Positions 21,866 to 29,856 are shown, numbered from the stretch's first letter. The stretch is DNA of 32,000 bases from Gemmata obscuriglobus (GCF_008065095.1 NZ_CP042911.1:7470001-7502000); one strand, 5' to 3'. Notes: a model not told the origin generated them from the sequence alone. Translations and numbers: made by a program.

Positions 21866-24229
21866 TCACTCGACGACCGCCTCCACCCGGCTCTCGTTTC
21901 CGACCGCGTCCGTGGCAAGCACCTGAACCCGCACCTTCTTTTTGACCCCGGGGTCGAAGGTCACGGTCGATTCCGTCGATGGCACCGCCACGTCTTGCCA
22001 GGGAGACGCGGGTTCGGCGGCTTGCCACCGGACTTTGAGCGCACCCGGATTCGCCTCGGTAACGGCCCAGGCCACACGAATTTCGTTTCCGACGCGCGTG
22101 GGCTCGGTGATGCGGACCACGGGCGGGGTGGTGTCCACAACGACCTTGAAAGCGGGTTTCAGTGTGCCTTTGGGGGCTTCGGAGCGGTCTTTCGGGTTCT
22201 CGGCGAGGTAGAACCAGTACAGCCCGTCTTCCGGTACATTGAACGTGAACTGGGTCTCATCAGGTGGAACCGTTCCGGCGGGATACCACGACGCCCCTTC
22301 GCCCCGACACACGAGCAACGTTACGCCACGGAGCGCGGCCTGCCGCTCGGGCGCGACTTGAACGGGCAAGATGATTTTCCGCGCCGAACTGAACACGGGC
22401 CCGCCTCCGGGCTTCAACGCCGGGCCCTTCGGCTTCGTGGGCACGGGTGCCCCGTCGCCATCCGGCAGCCGCGTCGGCGGGATGAGGTCAGAGCTACTCT
22501 TCGCCCCCTTCACCGACCGGACCGGCGGCTTCCGCATTGACTCGAGCCAAGCGTCTTCGAGCGCGGCTACCGAGTCGAACCCGTAGACCTGCTTCGCCGC
22601 TCGGTCCCACGACTCGGCCGTGTTTCTGTCGAACCCGGCGCGTATGAAGTCCAACAAGGCACGGTGGGTATTTGGCGGAGTGCCTTTTGTGAGGATTCCC
22701 AGCCCGGGGGCCGGTCCGGCGTCCGTTGTACCCGGTACGCGAGCCGGTTCCGCTACTGGTGTGCGCGCCAGCAGGAACCGCACGACCGAATGCCCCTGAA
22801 CGCGCAGCGTGTCAGCGTCGTGCAGGTCATCGCCCATCGTGAACAACCGCCGGAGACGGAACCCGCGGCCCGCGTTGAGCAACTCCCGGCACCGTCGATC
22901 GTGGAAGACTTGTTCCTCGGCGCCCTTGAAAACCAGGGCGATGCCCTCGTCCGCCCAAGGTGGCAGCGGCCGGCCGAAGTGGTACGCGAGTACGACGCGC
23001 GCGACCTCCCGCGGAACGGCGGTCGAAAGGACATCCTCGAACGGCCCGGTCAACTCGACCTGCGGCCGGCACGACGGCTTGCCCCCTGCGTCCACTTGGA
23101 AGTTGAACACCGTCGCCCCGGTCCCCCGATCCGCGGAGCGGCGGACCAGGATAGCGCACGGCTCGTTCCACGTCGGTGGCGCGGCCCCGATCCACAGCGC
23201 GCCGAGTTGCGCCCGCTGGTACTCGGCTTCGGCGGCTACCGCACGAGCGATGACATCAGTCGACGCATACACTGTAAAATTCGCACTATTGTGAACAAAC
23301 ACCCCGCGGCTCATGGCTAACGGGACCTCAGCATCAGCCGTGACAGGGGCTTTCGGCTGTGGCGGAGGCGCGGTGGGGACCGATAGCGCGAGCGGCCGTT
23401 CCGGCGGAGTCGCCGGCGTCGGCTGTGCGGCCCGGCCACCCAAGCCGAGGGCGACCGTGGTAACCGCAAGTGCAGCGACCGCCGATACTTTTAATCTCGT
23501 CATACTGCCCATGACTCCTTTCGCCGCGATCGCGGCCGGGCCGACCGGTGCCGCACCGGTCAGGAACTCAAGCGCACCGCCCGTCGCAAGGCGCCCCAGC
23601 CCGGGCGGAACGGCATACACCACTCCGACACCGGCCACCAGCCCCCCGGCGACAGCCGGCACGACCCCGCGCCGCTCCAGGCGCGCACGCAGCGCCGCCT
23701 TGGCCCGCTCCAACCGGCGGCGCAGCGTCCGCACGCTGCTGCCCAGTTCGGCCGCCGCCTGCTCCTGCGTTCGCCCGCCCACGAGGCACAGCACCACGGG
23801 ACCGCGGAGGTGCTCGGGCAGCCGCGACAGTTCGTCGTCGAGAGCGGCGGCCAGTTCGACACGTTCGGACGAATCGGGCGGTCGCTCGATGGGACCGGCG
23901 GTGTCGGGCGCGAGCGCCACGCCGCGGCCGTCCCGCCGCGCCATCTGCCGCGCCACCCGGCCGGCGGTGCCGACCAACCAACTGCCCACGCTCGCCGCCT
24001 TCCGCACGCCCGCGGCGCGGCACGCGAGCACCAAGAACGTGGCCTGGAACGCATCGTCCGCGGACCGCCGCGCGAGCCGCCGGCAAACGCGGTACACCAG
24101 CGGCCCGTGGCGGCGGACGAGTTCGGCGAACGCGGCCTCGTCGCGCGCGGCCACGAACCGCGCGAGCAGTTCGGCGTCCGGCGTTCCGGGAGCGGCGGCG
24201 TGGAGTAGTTTGAGAACGTGTCCCGGCAT
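21866..24229 (-). CDS. ECF sigma factor fused to a TM helix and a ~520-aa extracytoplasmic extension (peptidase-like domain with degenerate metal motif + Ig-like domain)
   Basis: A single 787-aa ORF with no internal stop. Residues 1-188 form the sigma part: region 2 is FAELVRRHGPLVYRVCRRLARRSADDAFQATFLVL...VGSWLVGTAGRVA, and region 4 is LPEHLRGPVVLCLVGGRTQEQAAAELGSSVRTLRRRLERAKAALRARLERRG. A TM helix LKVSAVAALAVTTVALGLGG follows. The extension contains NFTVYAS...PREVARVVLAYHFGRPLPPWADEGIALV and ends in DTTPPVVRITEP...VLATDAVGNES. Confidence 0.8.
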   Translation of the reverse strand: MPGHVLKLLHAAAPGTPDAELLARFVAARDEAAFAELVRRHGPLVYRVCRRLARRSADDAFQATFLVLACRAAGVRKAASVGSWLVGTAGRVARQMARRDGRGVALAPDTAGPIERPPDSSERVELAAALDDELSRLPEHLRGPVVLCLVGGRTQEQAAAELGSSVRTLRRRLERAKAALRARLERRGVVPAVAGGLVAGVGVVYAVPPGLGRLATGGALEFLTGAAPVGPAAIAAKGVMGSMTRLKVSAVAALAVTTVALGLGGRAAQPTPATPPERPLALSVPTAPPPQPKAPVTADAEVPLAMSRGVFVHNSANFTVYASTDVIARAVAAEAEYQRAQLGALWIGAAPPTWNEPCAILVRRSADRGTGATVFNFQVDAGGKPSCRPQVELTGPFEDVLSTAVPREVARVVLAYHFGRPLPPWADEGIALVFKGAEEQVFHDRRCRELLNAGRGFRLRRLFTMGDDLHDADTLRVQGHSVVRFLLARTPVAEPARVPGTTDAGPAPGLGILTKGTPPNTHRALLDFIRAGFDRNTAESWDRAAKQVYGFDSVAALEDAWLESMRKPPVRSVKGAKSSSDLIPPTRLPDGDGAPVPTKPKGPALKPGGGPVFSSARKIILPVQVAPERQAALRGVTLLVCRGEGASWYPAGTVPPDETQFTFNVPEDGLYWFYLAENPKDRSEAPKGTLKPAFKVVVDTTPPVVRITEPTRVGNEIRVAWAVTEANPGALKVRWQAAEPASPWQDVAVPSTESTVTFDPGVKKKVRVQVLATDAVGNESRVEAVVE

Positions 24230-24550
24230 CCGTTCCTCCCCGGTGTTCGCGTAATAGTGTGTGGTCGCGGGCGCGAGCGGCCAAGTTTTTTGCCGCGCGG
24301 CTCACCGGGGCGAACTTTTTCTCCCGAGCTGGCCGACGACCTCATGCCGCATCCGATTAAAGAGTATCGGTGATTGTGAGCGCCACCCGCCGGCTAACAC
24401 CGGCGGGTGCAACCGACGCCCCGCCGCACGGTTACTCTTTAAGCGGATGGGTCCCGCTCCTCAGCGGTTATTCGTTTTGCCGCGCGGGGCCGCACAGATA
24501 TTCTCACTCTGCACCTCTCCGCACCGTTCCCGCATCAGTCAGGATGCCCC

Positions 24551-25279
24551 ATGCGCGCGCTCTGTTCGCTTACAACCGCCCTCGTTGTGTTCACCGCATC
24601 GGCCGGGGCCGCCCCCGTGCCGGCCGAGAAGCCGGCCCCCTCACTCGAAGGCAAGTACACGCTGCTGTCCGTCTCCAGCCCGGCGGACCGGGCCGGCGCC
24701 GCCGGGGGCGGGTTCGGGGCCGTCGCGCCGCCGGGCGGGGGTGCGGTCGTGGTCCGCGCCGCCGGGCTCACGGCGTCCTCGCTGCTGGCCGGCCCCGCGA
24801 CCTTCACCAAGAACGAAATCTCGCTCGAGGGCCGCGCCGGCACCTTGCCGCCGACCACGCTCGCGATGCTGGGCGCCAGCGCCGGCCCCACAACGATGGA
24901 GTACACGTTCGACGCGGACAAAAGGACCATCGACATCGAAACCGTCAGCCTGCGCGGCAAGAAGACGAAAGCGCTGGGCGTGGTCGAGGTGATCGGCGAC
25001 CGGCTCATCGTGGCGGTCGGCCGGGACGGGGACGAGCGCCCCAAGAACACGGACGAGGCCGGCGACGTGACGGTGTACTACTTCCGCAAGGTGCCCGCGC
25101 CGCGCACCGAGTTCCGGATCGTCGCCATGACCGTCGGGAAAGAGGGGGACGCCGAGAAGGAGCTGAACCGGCTCGCGAAGGACGGGTTCGAGCTGGTCAG
25201 CACGACCACCCCGGCCGCGGCCGACGCGAAGTCGGCCCCGACCACCGTTCACTTCGTGCTGAAACGAGTCGTGAAGTGA
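24551..25279 (+). CDS. secreted TIGR03067-like (lipocalin-like) domain protein with a small DUF4177-like C-terminal domain
   Basis: Signal peptide is MRALCSLTTALVVFTASAGAAP. LEGKYTLLSV...YTFDADKRTIDIE...LGVVEVIGDRLIVAVGRDGDERPKN matches the planctomycetal TIGR03067 pattern as I remember it. The tail reads FRIVAMTVGKEGDAEKELNRLAKDGFELVS...VHFVLKR. Confidence 0.75.
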   Translation: MRALCSLTTALVVFTASAGAAPVPAEKPAPSLEGKYTLLSVSSPADRAGAAGGGFGAVAPPGGGAVVVRAAGLTASSLLAGPATFTKNEISLEGRAGTLPPTTLAMLGASAGPTTMEYTFDADKRTIDIETVSLRGKKTKALGVVEVIGDRLIVAVGRDGDERPKNTDEAGDVTVYYFRKVPAPRTEFRIVAMTVGKEGDAEKELNRLAKDGFELVSTTTPAAADAKSAPTTVHFVLKRVVK

Positions 25280-26830
25280 CTACCCGGCTGACCCTTCGTC
25301 GCCCGCGGCGGCCAAGTCGGGGAACCGCTGGACCATGTCGTCCAGGCACTTGGGGCAGATGCCGTGCGTGACGGACGCGTGCGTGTGTTCGCTGATGTAC
25401 CCTTCGACCGAGTCCCAGAACCCGGTGTCGTCGCGCACCTTCCGGCACCAGGCGCACATCGGGATCATCCCGCGCAGCGTTTTGATCTCGGCCAGCGCCT
25501 TCTGAAGTTGTTCGATCAGCACAGTCCGCGCCTGTTCCGCGTCCTTCACGTCGGTCACGTCCCGGGAAATGCCGACCACCCGCCACGGCACCCCGTACTC
25601 GTCCCGCACGGGGAACGAGCGGGTGTGAACCCACCGCACGGCCCCGTCCGGCCGGACGATCCGGAACTCCCCGTCGTACCACGCGAGACCGCCCGCAACC
25701 GCCGCGCGGTCCTCGGGGTGAACCGCGGCGACGAGCGTGCCGGGTTCGGCGTACAGGCTCGCGCAGGTGCGTCCCCACACCATCTCGTACTGCGGGCTGA
25801 CGTACAGCACGCGGGCGCAGTCGGGCGTCATGGCCCAGAACACTTCCTGAATCGTCTCGGTGACCTGTCGGTACCGCTCCTCGCTGTCGCGCAAACGCGC
25901 ATCGCTCCGGTCGCGTGAGACCTGGGTCGCGGCCAGCACCAGGGAGCACAGTGCGAGAACGCCGACGAAAAGCTGTGCCATGAACAGTTGCGCCGCGCGG
26001 GCGGCGCCCGGGTCGACGAACGGGCCGCGCCCGCGTCCGGTGTTCCAGATCGCGAGCAGCGCGATCACCAGCACCGCGGCGGACGCCCCGCGGACCCGGA
26101 ACCGCAGCGCCGCCCACGGGAAAAACACGAACAGCGGGAACGCGAACGACAGGACGTACCGCCCGCCCGCGGGCTCGGTGAACACGGCCACCGCCAGCGC
26201 CGCGAGCCCGCCATACAGCGCGACCAGCTCGACCGCGCACCAGATCAAGGGCGGCGGTAAGGTGACCCGATCGAACCGCGCCCACGCGAGCACGAGAGGC
26301 GTCACGATCACCACACCGATCACGTCGGACAGCCAGAACGCCACCAGCGCGTCGCCGAAGTCCGGCACGCCGAGACCGAACACGATAACCGCCGCGCCCG
26401 GCACCGCACTCACGAGCCCGGTCGCGAGCAAGGTGAAGAACAGCCGAAACACGTCGTCCCCGCTCGCCAGCTCGAACGGGCCGCTCCGGGCGTGCCGGAG
26501 CAGCCACGCGGCGAACCAGGGCTCGCCGACGTTCACCAGCGTGAACCCGAGGCCCACCACCGGCGAGTTGCCGCCCACGAAATTGGCGATCAGGGACGCG
26601 GCAGTTCCGGCGACCAGAGCGGTCCACCGGACCCGCGGTCCGGCGATCAAAAGGGTGCCAAGAAGCAACCCGTTCGGGGGCCAGAACAGGGCCATCCGCT
26701 CGGGCTCGGTGCGGAACTCCAAGCCGAGCATGGCGGCGGCGAAATAGACCGCCCCGAAACCGAGGCCGCGTGCGACATCGGCCGGTCGAACGAGCGAGGT
26801 GTGGGGTACGGGCGCCGCGGGTGCGTTCAT
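25280..26830 (-). CDS. MASE1 membrane sensor domain + PAS domain + C-terminal Cys/His-rich module (no classical output domain)
   Basis: ORF 25280..26905(-) begins with TTG, so I trimmed it to ATG 26830. About 300 aa of polytopic MASE1-like membrane domain (FWPPNGLLLGTLLIAGPR..., WLSDVIGVVIVTPLVLAW). A PAS domain follows (ERYRQVTETIQEVFWAMTPD...VHPEDR...FRIVRPDGAVRWVHTRSFPVRDEYG...VGISRDVTDVK). The tail is MIPMCAWCRKVRDDTGFWDSVEGYISEHTHASVTHGICPKCLDDM. Confidence 0.8.
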   Translation of the reverse strand: MNAPAAPVPHTSLVRPADVARGLGFGAVYFAAAMLGLEFRTEPERMALFWPPNGLLLGTLLIAGPRVRWTALVAGTAASLIANFVGGNSPVVGLGFTLVNVGEPWFAAWLLRHARSGPFELASGDDVFRLFFTLLATGLVSAVPGAAVIVFGLGVPDFGDALVAFWLSDVIGVVIVTPLVLAWARFDRVTLPPPLIWCAVELVALYGGLAALAVAVFTEPAGGRYVLSFAFPLFVFFPWAALRFRVRGASAAVLVIALLAIWNTGRGRGPFVDPGAARAAQLFMAQLFVGVLALCSLVLAATQVSRDRSDARLRDSEERYRQVTETIQEVFWAMTPDCARVLYVSPQYEMVWGRTCASLYAEPGTLVAAVHPEDRAAVAGGLAWYDGEFRIVRPDGAVRWVHTRSFPVRDEYGVPWRVVGISRDVTDVKDAEQARTVLIEQLQKALAEIKTLRGMIPMCAWCRKVRDDTGFWDSVEGYISEHTHASVTHGICPKCLDDMVQRFPDLAAAGDEGSAG

Positions 26831-27068
26831 GGCTCGGCGGGCGCCGGGAGTGGGAGAATGGGCGGTGTTTAGACGAAGGCTACTGCGCCGGAGAGCGGGC
26901 CGCAAGCGGCTTGATGAAAGTAAAGTGAGTGATGCGGTGCGATTACAGCCCGAACGCGATCCCTAACGCGTGCGCCGAATGCGCCTCACAAGGCGCGCAT
27001 CTGCGAGGCACTATCGTCGAGTCTCCCTTTTCGAAACAAGCCGGGGCCGCGTGATTCGTAGCCCCACG

Positions 27069-27287
27069 CTACTCGGGTGTCGGCCCGTCCTTCTTGCGGC
27101 GGGTGCTGTCGTTGTCGAGCCGGTTGAGCGTGTCCGAGCGGTAGCGGCCGAGGTCCTCTTCCGCATGGGCCGCCTCTTCGGGGTTCTCGGCGAGGTCGCG
27201 TTTCAGTTCGGCGCGGCGGTGCTTGTTGCCGCGCTTCTTCAACTTCCGCTTGAGATCGCGAAGCATCCGCTTATCGGGATCAGGCAC
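27069..27287 (-). CDS. small (72 aa) highly charged basic protein, hypothetical
   Basis: GTG start at 27287 with GGAGG 8 nt upstream. GC3-rich codons run throughout. The sequence MPDPDKRMLRDLKRKLKKRGNKHRRAELKRDL... is about half charged residues. It is divergent from the glycosyltransferase gene. Confidence 0.5.
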   Translation of the reverse strand: MPDPDKRMLRDLKRKLKKRGNKHRRAELKRDLAENPEEAAHAEEDLGRYRSDTLNRLDNDSTRRKKDGPTPE

Positions 27288-27357
27288 GGCACCAACCTCC
27301 GTCGGAAATCGTCACGGCGAACTTGAAACCCAGGGGCCGGGGCTTGAAACTGCCCTC

Positions 27358-28365
27358 ATGGCACGCATCCTGATCGCCACTGACGCATGGCACCCACAGG
27401 TGAGTGGAGTAGTCCGCACGCTCGACACCACGTCCCGGCTCCTGCGCGAGCAGGGGCACGCCGTCGAGGTGATCGAGCCCACCCCTTACCCCGCACTCCG
27501 GGTGCCGTTTTACCCCGAAATCCCGCTCGTGCTGCCGCGCCCCGGACGCATCTACGAGCGGGTCTACCAGTTTAGACCGGACCACGTCCATATTTCCACA
27601 GAGGGACCGATCGGCCTCCTGGTTCGCCGGTTCTGCACGCGAATGCGCTGGCGGTTCACGACCTCATATCACACGCGGTTCCCCGAGTACCTGAAGAAGC
27701 TGGCGCGGGTGCCCGAGGGACTCACGTACCAGTTCCTGAAGTGGTTTCACGGTCCGTCGGCGTGCATGATGGTCGCGACGCCGAGCCTGGAGGCGGAACT
27801 CATTGCCCGCGGGTTCCGTGCGCCGATCCGGCGGTGGTCGCGGGGTGTCGATTTGGGGCTGTTCCGCCCGCGCCCGAAACCGGACCTGGAATACCCGCGC
27901 CCGGTGCTGCTATACGTGGGGCGGGTCTCACACGAGAAGGGCATCGGCGACTTCCTGAAGCTCAAAACTGCCGGCACGAAGCTGGTGGTCGGCGACGGAC
28001 CGGCGCGGGCCGAACTGGAACGCGAGCACCCCGACGCGACATTCCTGGGCTACCGCAAGGGCGAACCACTCGGCGAGGTGTACGCCGCGGCGGACCTGTT
28101 CGTGTTCCCGAGCCGGACCGACACGTTCGGGATCGTGCTGATTGAGGCGCTGGCGAGCGGGTTACCGGTCGCGGCGTACCCGGTGACCGGCCCGGTGGAC
28201 ATCGTCACGCGCCCGGAACTCGGCGCGCTCAACGACGACCTGAGCGTCGCGGTATCGAAGGCGCTGGCCGAAGGGAGCCCGCGGGCGTGTGCGGAGGAAG
28301 GGGCCCGCTACACCTGGGCGAACTGCACGGCGCAGTTCGTGTCGAACTTAGCGCCGGTAAGGTGA
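27358..28365 (+). CDS. glycosyltransferase, GT4 / GT-B fold family (group 1)
   Basis: ORF 27223..28365 trimmed to ATG 27358. The N-terminus MARILIATDAWHPQVSGVVRTL is typical of GT4. The C-terminal half reads LLYVGRVSHEKGI...FVFPSRTDTFGIVLIEALASGLPVAA (E-x7-E region). Confidence 0.85.
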   Translation: MARILIATDAWHPQVSGVVRTLDTTSRLLREQGHAVEVIEPTPYPALRVPFYPEIPLVLPRPGRIYERVYQFRPDHVHISTEGPIGLLVRRFCTRMRWRFTTSYHTRFPEYLKKLARVPEGLTYQFLKWFHGPSACMMVATPSLEAELIARGFRAPIRRWSRGVDLGLFRPRPKPDLEYPRPVLLYVGRVSHEKGIGDFLKLKTAGTKLVVGDGPARAELEREHPDATFLGYRKGEPLGEVYAAADLFVFPSRTDTFGIVLIEALASGLPVAAYPVTGPVDIVTRPELGALNDDLSVAVSKALAEGSPRACAEEGARYTWANCTAQFVSNLAPVR

Positions 28366-28570
28366 TGCGGTTTGCGAAAATGCGCCGCAGGTTGCCCGGC
28401 GGAGATGGCCATCGGGTCACCAATCCGTGGCGCATGACGCAGTACGCCAGAATGGTTATGCAGAGCGCCGTTGCAGTGTAATTTTCTTTGCTCACCGACT
28501 CGTCGTTGTCACAACCGGTGTCTCGGTTGGGCAACGAGCTTTTGGGGCGGCCACAGGAGGGCATCCAGGC

Positions 28571-28954
28571 GTGGAAGCAACACCTAGCGATGCGGTTGCA
28601 GCGATGCTCAGGCTTGCAGAAACGCACGATCTGCGGCGGCAAGCCGAGACATCGTGCCGACAGTGGATCCAGTCGTCCGCCGAGGAGGGTGACTTAAACG
28701 GGCTGTCGCCGTCAGACATCCAAATGGTGTTCGAGCGGTGCGCGCTGGTATTCGAGCACGGCATCCTGAACTATCCATTCGTCGAGACACGGCTGGGGCT
28801 GTACGTTCCCGACCCGTCCGCCGTGTACTTCCAAGGCCGGCGGTCGATCGGCCACTACCGGCTCATTACCTTGCTCGACGGTACAACAGACGACGACTAC
28901 TTCATTCTGGACGATCCCAAGCCCGCCGGACCCGGTGCGGCATCAAGCACGTAG
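28571..28954 (+). CDS. hypothetical protein (atypical codon usage)
   Basis: ORF 28427..28954. I prefer the GTG at 28571 because GGAGGG lies 9 nt upstream; ATG 28604 is an alternative. I recognise no motif. Many A/T-ending codons (tta, gta, tat, aca, att, caa) contrast with neighbouring genes. Confidence 0.45.
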   Translation: MEATPSDAVAAMLRLAETHDLRRQAETSCRQWIQSSAEEGDLNGLSPSDIQMVFERCALVFEHGILNYPFVETRLGLYVPDPSAVYFQGRRSIGHYRLITLLDGTTDDDYFILDDPKPAGPGAASST

Positions 28955-29042
28955 GCTTTCTGGGATTCACCGCTCCAATAGGTTCGTTCGGCAGAAGCGC
29001 GCTAGCAGTGCTCAACATTCGACGCCCGAGACAACCATAGCC

Positions 29043-29225
29043 ATGACATACTTGCGACCAGCTCTCGTGCGTGGTCTGTTACGAACACTGGTGGCGCTTG
29101 CGTTCCTCCACTGGGGCCTTGGTGCCGCGCTGGGCAAGGCCGTCCCGGCGGCCGTACTCTTCGGTGTCGTGTGCGGAATCGGCGCGTGGGCGATGGGGAG
29201 CTACGAACCCGCCCGATCAGGATGA
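29043..29225 (+). CDS. possible small two-TM membrane protein (60 aa)
   Basis: Internal ATG of ORF 28935..29225. MTYLRPALVRGLLRTLVALAFLHWGLGAALGKAVPAAVLFGVVCGIGAWAMGSYEPARSG has two hydrophobic stretches. There is no clear SD, so the call is weak. Confidence 0.25.
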   Translation: MTYLRPALVRGLLRTLVALAFLHWGLGAALGKAVPAAVLFGVVCGIGAWAMGSYEPARSG

Positions 29226-29323
29226 GACCGGTCTTCGCTTTTACTCCGCTGGAACGGCGATACGGCGGGTTCATGTCCGAGCCGGTTCAGAACAGCTTGT
29301 TCAGTTGCAGAAGAGTATTCCTC

Positions 29324-29830
29324 ATGCACGACTGGGCCGCGATCACCGCCGCCGTCCTCGACGGTTACGTCTTGCCTGCGCGCGGCACTCACGGTGTCGT
29401 TCACTGGGCGCGAGTTCTGGAGAACGGGCTCCGGATCGCGGAAGCAAACGGCGCGGACCGAGAGATCGTAACCCTCTTTGCCCTGTTTCACGACTCGCGC
29501 CGGGTGAACGAGAACCGGGACGACGGGCACGGATTACGAGGCGGCGAACTCGCGCGGTCGTTACGGGGGGAACTGGTTCACCTCGGCGACGACAGGTTCG
29601 AGCTGCTGTTCGAGGCGTGCCGGTTCCACACGGACGGTGGAGTGACTGGAGACCGGACGTTGCTGGCGTGCTGGGACGCGGACCGGTTGGACCTGGGGCG
29701 GGTCGGCGTCACTCCGGACCCGCGGCGACTCGGCACGAAGGCCGTCCGCAACCTGCTCGGGTGGGCGCACATCCGAGCGGTCGAGGGGCACGAACCGACA
29801 GAGGTGCTCGCGACCTGGGGAATCGAATAG
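29324..29830 (+). CDS. HD-superfamily metal-dependent phosphohydrolase-like protein (small, single domain)
   Basis: ORF 29171..29830. I prefer ATG 29324 because the stretch before it uses rare codons (aga aga gta); ATG 29273 is an alternative. Motifs read GTHGVVHWARV...LFALFHDSRR...DGHG...CRFHTDG...CWDADRLDLGRVG, giving an H...HD...H...D pattern. Confidence 0.65.
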   Translation: MHDWAAITAAVLDGYVLPARGTHGVVHWARVLENGLRIAEANGADREIVTLFALFHDSRRVNENRDDGHGLRGGELARSLRGELVHLGDDRFELLFEACRFHTDGGVTGDRTLLACWDADRLDLGRVGVTPDPRRLGTKAVRNLLGWAHIRAVEGHEPTEVLATWGIE

Positions 29831-29856
29831 CCCGGGGCCGCGCCGCGACGGACCGC

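Noticed and set aside
23503-23512. Possibility that 21866..24229 is two genes: a sigma factor, then a secreted protein starting at M240/M243
   Set aside because: There is no stop codon between the sigma part and the downstream part in this frame, so translation from 24229 must read through. An additional internal start cannot be excluded, but it is not needed. I kept the call as a single fused CDS and flagged the issue in the findings.
24261-25371. Plus-strand ORFs 24261..24992 (243 aa) and 24370..25371 (333 aa) spanning the spacer and the TIGR03067-like gene
   Set aside because: They are alternate-frame, Arg/Pro/Gly-rich translations. The frame starting at ATG 24551 gives a signal peptide and a recognisable domain pattern instead.
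27030-27068. Possible terminator hairpin downstream of the small basic protein gene
   Set aside because: It has only a 5-bp GGGGC/GCCCC stem with a 12-13-nt loop. That is too weak to call in GC-rich DNA, where such stems arise by chance.
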